Below, one piece after another: positions 60,562 through 64,000 of a DNA stretch of 64,000 nucleotides. The stretch covers positions 4,128,001-4,192,000 of the forward strand of contig JBKAGP010000001.1 in assembly GCA_046290465.1 (NCBI GenBank), read 5' to 3'. Position 1 is the stretch's first letter. Each line of letters starts with the position of its first letter. The position numbers were made by a program, and so were the translations under genes. A model generated the notes under the pieces. The model searched no databases. It was not told the DNA's origin and saw only the letters and a program-made list of their open reading frames with translations. Origin of the DNA: Planctomycetota bacterium. Lineage in GTDB: Bacteria; Planctomycetota; UBA1135; UBA2386.

Positions 60562-62280
60562 ATGCAGGGAACCACCAGGAGAGCGATCGTGTCCGCCTGC
60601 GCGTGGGCCGCCCTCGCGACGTCCGCGACGGCGCAGGAAGCCACGCGATGGCTGCGGGACGTCGGCGCTGCCGACCTGCGCGTCAGCGAGGCCGCCGAAC
60701 GCAAGCTCGTCGCGATGGGCGCCAAGGCGGTGCCGTTCGTCGAACGCGCGATGGACGAGTGGGACGACCAGAAGGGCGAGGGCTACAACCGCTGCGCGGC
60801 GCTGCTCCGCGTGATCCGGCTGCTCGGCCCGGACGCGGCAGGGCTGTCGTCACGGCTGAGGCAGGTCGGGGCCGACTCGGGCAACCTCGGTCCCGAGATC
60901 TACCACGTGCTGGCCGGGCTCGAGCCGTTTGCCGGGGACAAGAACTGGCACGAGATGATGCACTTCCTGCATCACCAGGACCCGGAGCGGGTCAAGCAAG
61001 GCTTCGTCGGCTACATCCGCATGTATGCGCGCGTGCACTGCGGCGACGTCACCGACGCCGACCGGATGATCCAGGTGCTGCGCGAGGACAAGTCCGGCGC
61101 GCGCGAAGCGGCGGCCGAGGCGCTCGGACGGCTGCGCCATCCGCGCACGGTCGAACTGCTGCACGCGCGCCTGCGGCAGCGCACGCCGGCGGTCGACGCC
61201 GACCAGTTGACGCACAACGGCTTTCCGGTGCCGTTCGACGACGAGTTCGCGTTCCGCGCCAGCGAGGTGATGATCCAGCTCGCGCCCAACGACGAGCGGT
61301 GCGTGATCGCCTACGCCAACCGCGCGCTGCACCATCCGCACGCGACGGCGCGCCGGGAGGCGCTCAACCGGCTGGCGGCGTTCGGGCCGATGGCGGCGGA
61401 GGCGACGCCGGAGCTGATGCGGATCGCCGAGGGCGACGACGATGCCCTCGCGATCGAGGCGCTCAAGGTGCTCGGCATGGCCGGCAAGGCGGTCGCTCCG
61501 TTCGCCGTGCGGGTGCAGGCGATGACCCGCAGCGAGACCAAGGTCCGCGCCCGGCTCGCGGACGGCCTGATCGCGCGGCTGCGGGCGATGGGGGTCGAGG
61601 TCGCGGACGCCGTCGACGACGGCCCCGACGAGGGTCTCGCCGCGCTGCGCAAGACGATCGAGGCGCTCGACGACGACGCGACACCGGCGATTCGCAAGGA
61701 GGTGCTCGCGGACCAACGCAGCTGGGCGCTGCTGGTCGATCGCTACCGACGCAAGCGCCACGACGCGCCCGACGTCGTGTTCGAACTGCTGATGGACCTG
61801 GCCTGGCAACAGCCGAAGGAGCAGCGCGACCTGGTCCGCCATGCCGTCGCGACCCTCGGCGGCGACCACTGGAGCGCGTCGGTGATGTCGAGCACGTCGC
61901 ACGGCAACCAGAAGACGCGCGCGATCCACCGACGCACCTACGCGCACCTGTCGGTCGACCCCGAGGCCGACCTCGGTGCGCTCGTCGGTCTGCTCGACGC
62001 CAAGAACGCGCCGGTGCGGCTACGCGCCGTCGAACTGCTGTCGGCGCGGCGCGCCGAGTGGGCGGTCGGCAAGCCCGAGCACGAACGCGTGCAGACGGCC
62101 CTGCGGGCAGCCACGCTGGCCAAGGCACCCAAGCAGAGCGTGTACGAGCTGTCGGCCAACCACAACACCTCGCTCGACGGAACCGACCTGACCGACGAGA
62201 TCCAGGCGGCCGCCAAGGCGGCACTGGCGCCGGCGGACGACGGAAGCATCGACAAACGAAAGCCGCGAGGACCGACCTAG
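60562..62280 (+). CDS. Exported HEAT-repeat protein
   Basis: Signal peptide ATA|QE; AREAAAEALGRL, ARREAL..L...GP.A..A.P.L repeats. Confidence 0.75.
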   Translation: MQGTTRRAIVSACAWAALATSATAQEATRWLRDVGAADLRVSEAAERKLVAMGAKAVPFVERAMDEWDDQKGEGYNRCAALLRVIRLLGPDAAGLSSRLRQVGADSGNLGPEIYHVLAGLEPFAGDKNWHEMMHFLHHQDPERVKQGFVGYIRMYARVHCGDVTDADRMIQVLREDKSGAREAAAEALGRLRHPRTVELLHARLRQRTPAVDADQLTHNGFPVPFDDEFAFRASEVMIQLAPNDERCVIAYANRALHHPHATARREALNRLAAFGPMAAEATPELMRIAEGDDDALAIEALKVLGMAGKAVAPFAVRVQAMTRSETKVRARLADGLIARLRAMGVEVADAVDDGPDEGLAALRKTIEALDDDATPAIRKEVLADQRSWALLVDRYRRKRHDAPDVVFELLMDLAWQQPKEQRDLVRHAVATLGGDHWSASVMSSTSHGNQKTRAIHRRTYAHLSVDPEADLGALVGLLDAKNAPVRLRAVELLSARRAEWAVGKPEHERVQTALRAATLAKAPKQSVYELSANHNTSLDGTDLTDEIQAAAKAALAPADDGSIDKRKPRGPT

Positions 62281-62435
62281 ATCCCGACGCGCACCAGAAC
62301 CGCGCAGCGAAGCGGAGCTCATGGTTGGGGCTGTTCTCGGTGGGAGGGCTGGCGACCGCTCGGCGCGGATGCTACCACCAGGACGCCCGCTCGGGCAGGC
62401 CCGCCGCGTCGCTGCGCGGCGGGGCGCTCCGCCGG

Positions 62436-63842
<1,407 letters not shown>

Positions 63843-63843
63843 G

Positions 63844-64000
63844 TTACTTCTTCTCCTTCTTCTTGAACGAGCCGAGCATGCGGTCCGTGACCATGTAGCC
63901 GCCGATCACGTTGACCATCGCGAGCGTGATCGCGAGGAACGCGACCGCCTGCACCAGGAAGCCCTCACCGCGCGACGCGTAGATCGCGCCGACGATGGTG
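63844..64000 (-). CDS. pntA: NAD(P) transhydrogenase alpha, membrane part (3' end only)
   Basis: Manual translation ..AMVNVIGGYMVTDRMLGSFKKKEKK*. Confidence 0.9.
   Translation of the reverse strand, partial: TIVGAIYASRGEGFLVQAVAFLAITLAMVNVIGGYMVTDRMLGSFKKKEKK

Overview
High-GC bacterial chromosomal segment, densely coding (about 50 CDS). No rRNA, tRNA, transposase or cas genes were recognised. The gene families point to a Planctomycetota genome (inference): prenyltransferase-repeat, PQQ-propeller and HEAT proteins, an ECF sigma + Ser/Thr kinase pair, and an RbfA-like gene next to rtcB. Housekeeping content includes dapF, lemA, a beta-CASP nuclease, parAB with a parS site inside parB, hemW, a sigma-70 factor, a complete alternative complex III + A2-type caa3 oxidase operon, SNF2 + SWIM, and pntAB. 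Best leads: (1) a carbamoyltransferase / SxtJ-like / DUF5989 / SGNH module whose small membrane peptide ends in FIYTLF, matching the DltX-type tyrosine acyl-shuttle motif, which suggests a trans-membrane carbamoylation relay with no MBOAT in the window; (2) an RbfA-paralog-RtcB operon behind a 16-codon leader whose stop codon sits at the top of a hairpin; (3) a six-copy REP-like repeat in two same-architecture clusters that supplies the stop codons of two genes; (4) a shared C-terminal domain on two secreted proteins; (5) Gln at +1 after almost every signal peptide; (6) a 41-aa small ORF divergent from the ECF-kinase pair. All product calls come from reading motifs by eye; no database searches were run.
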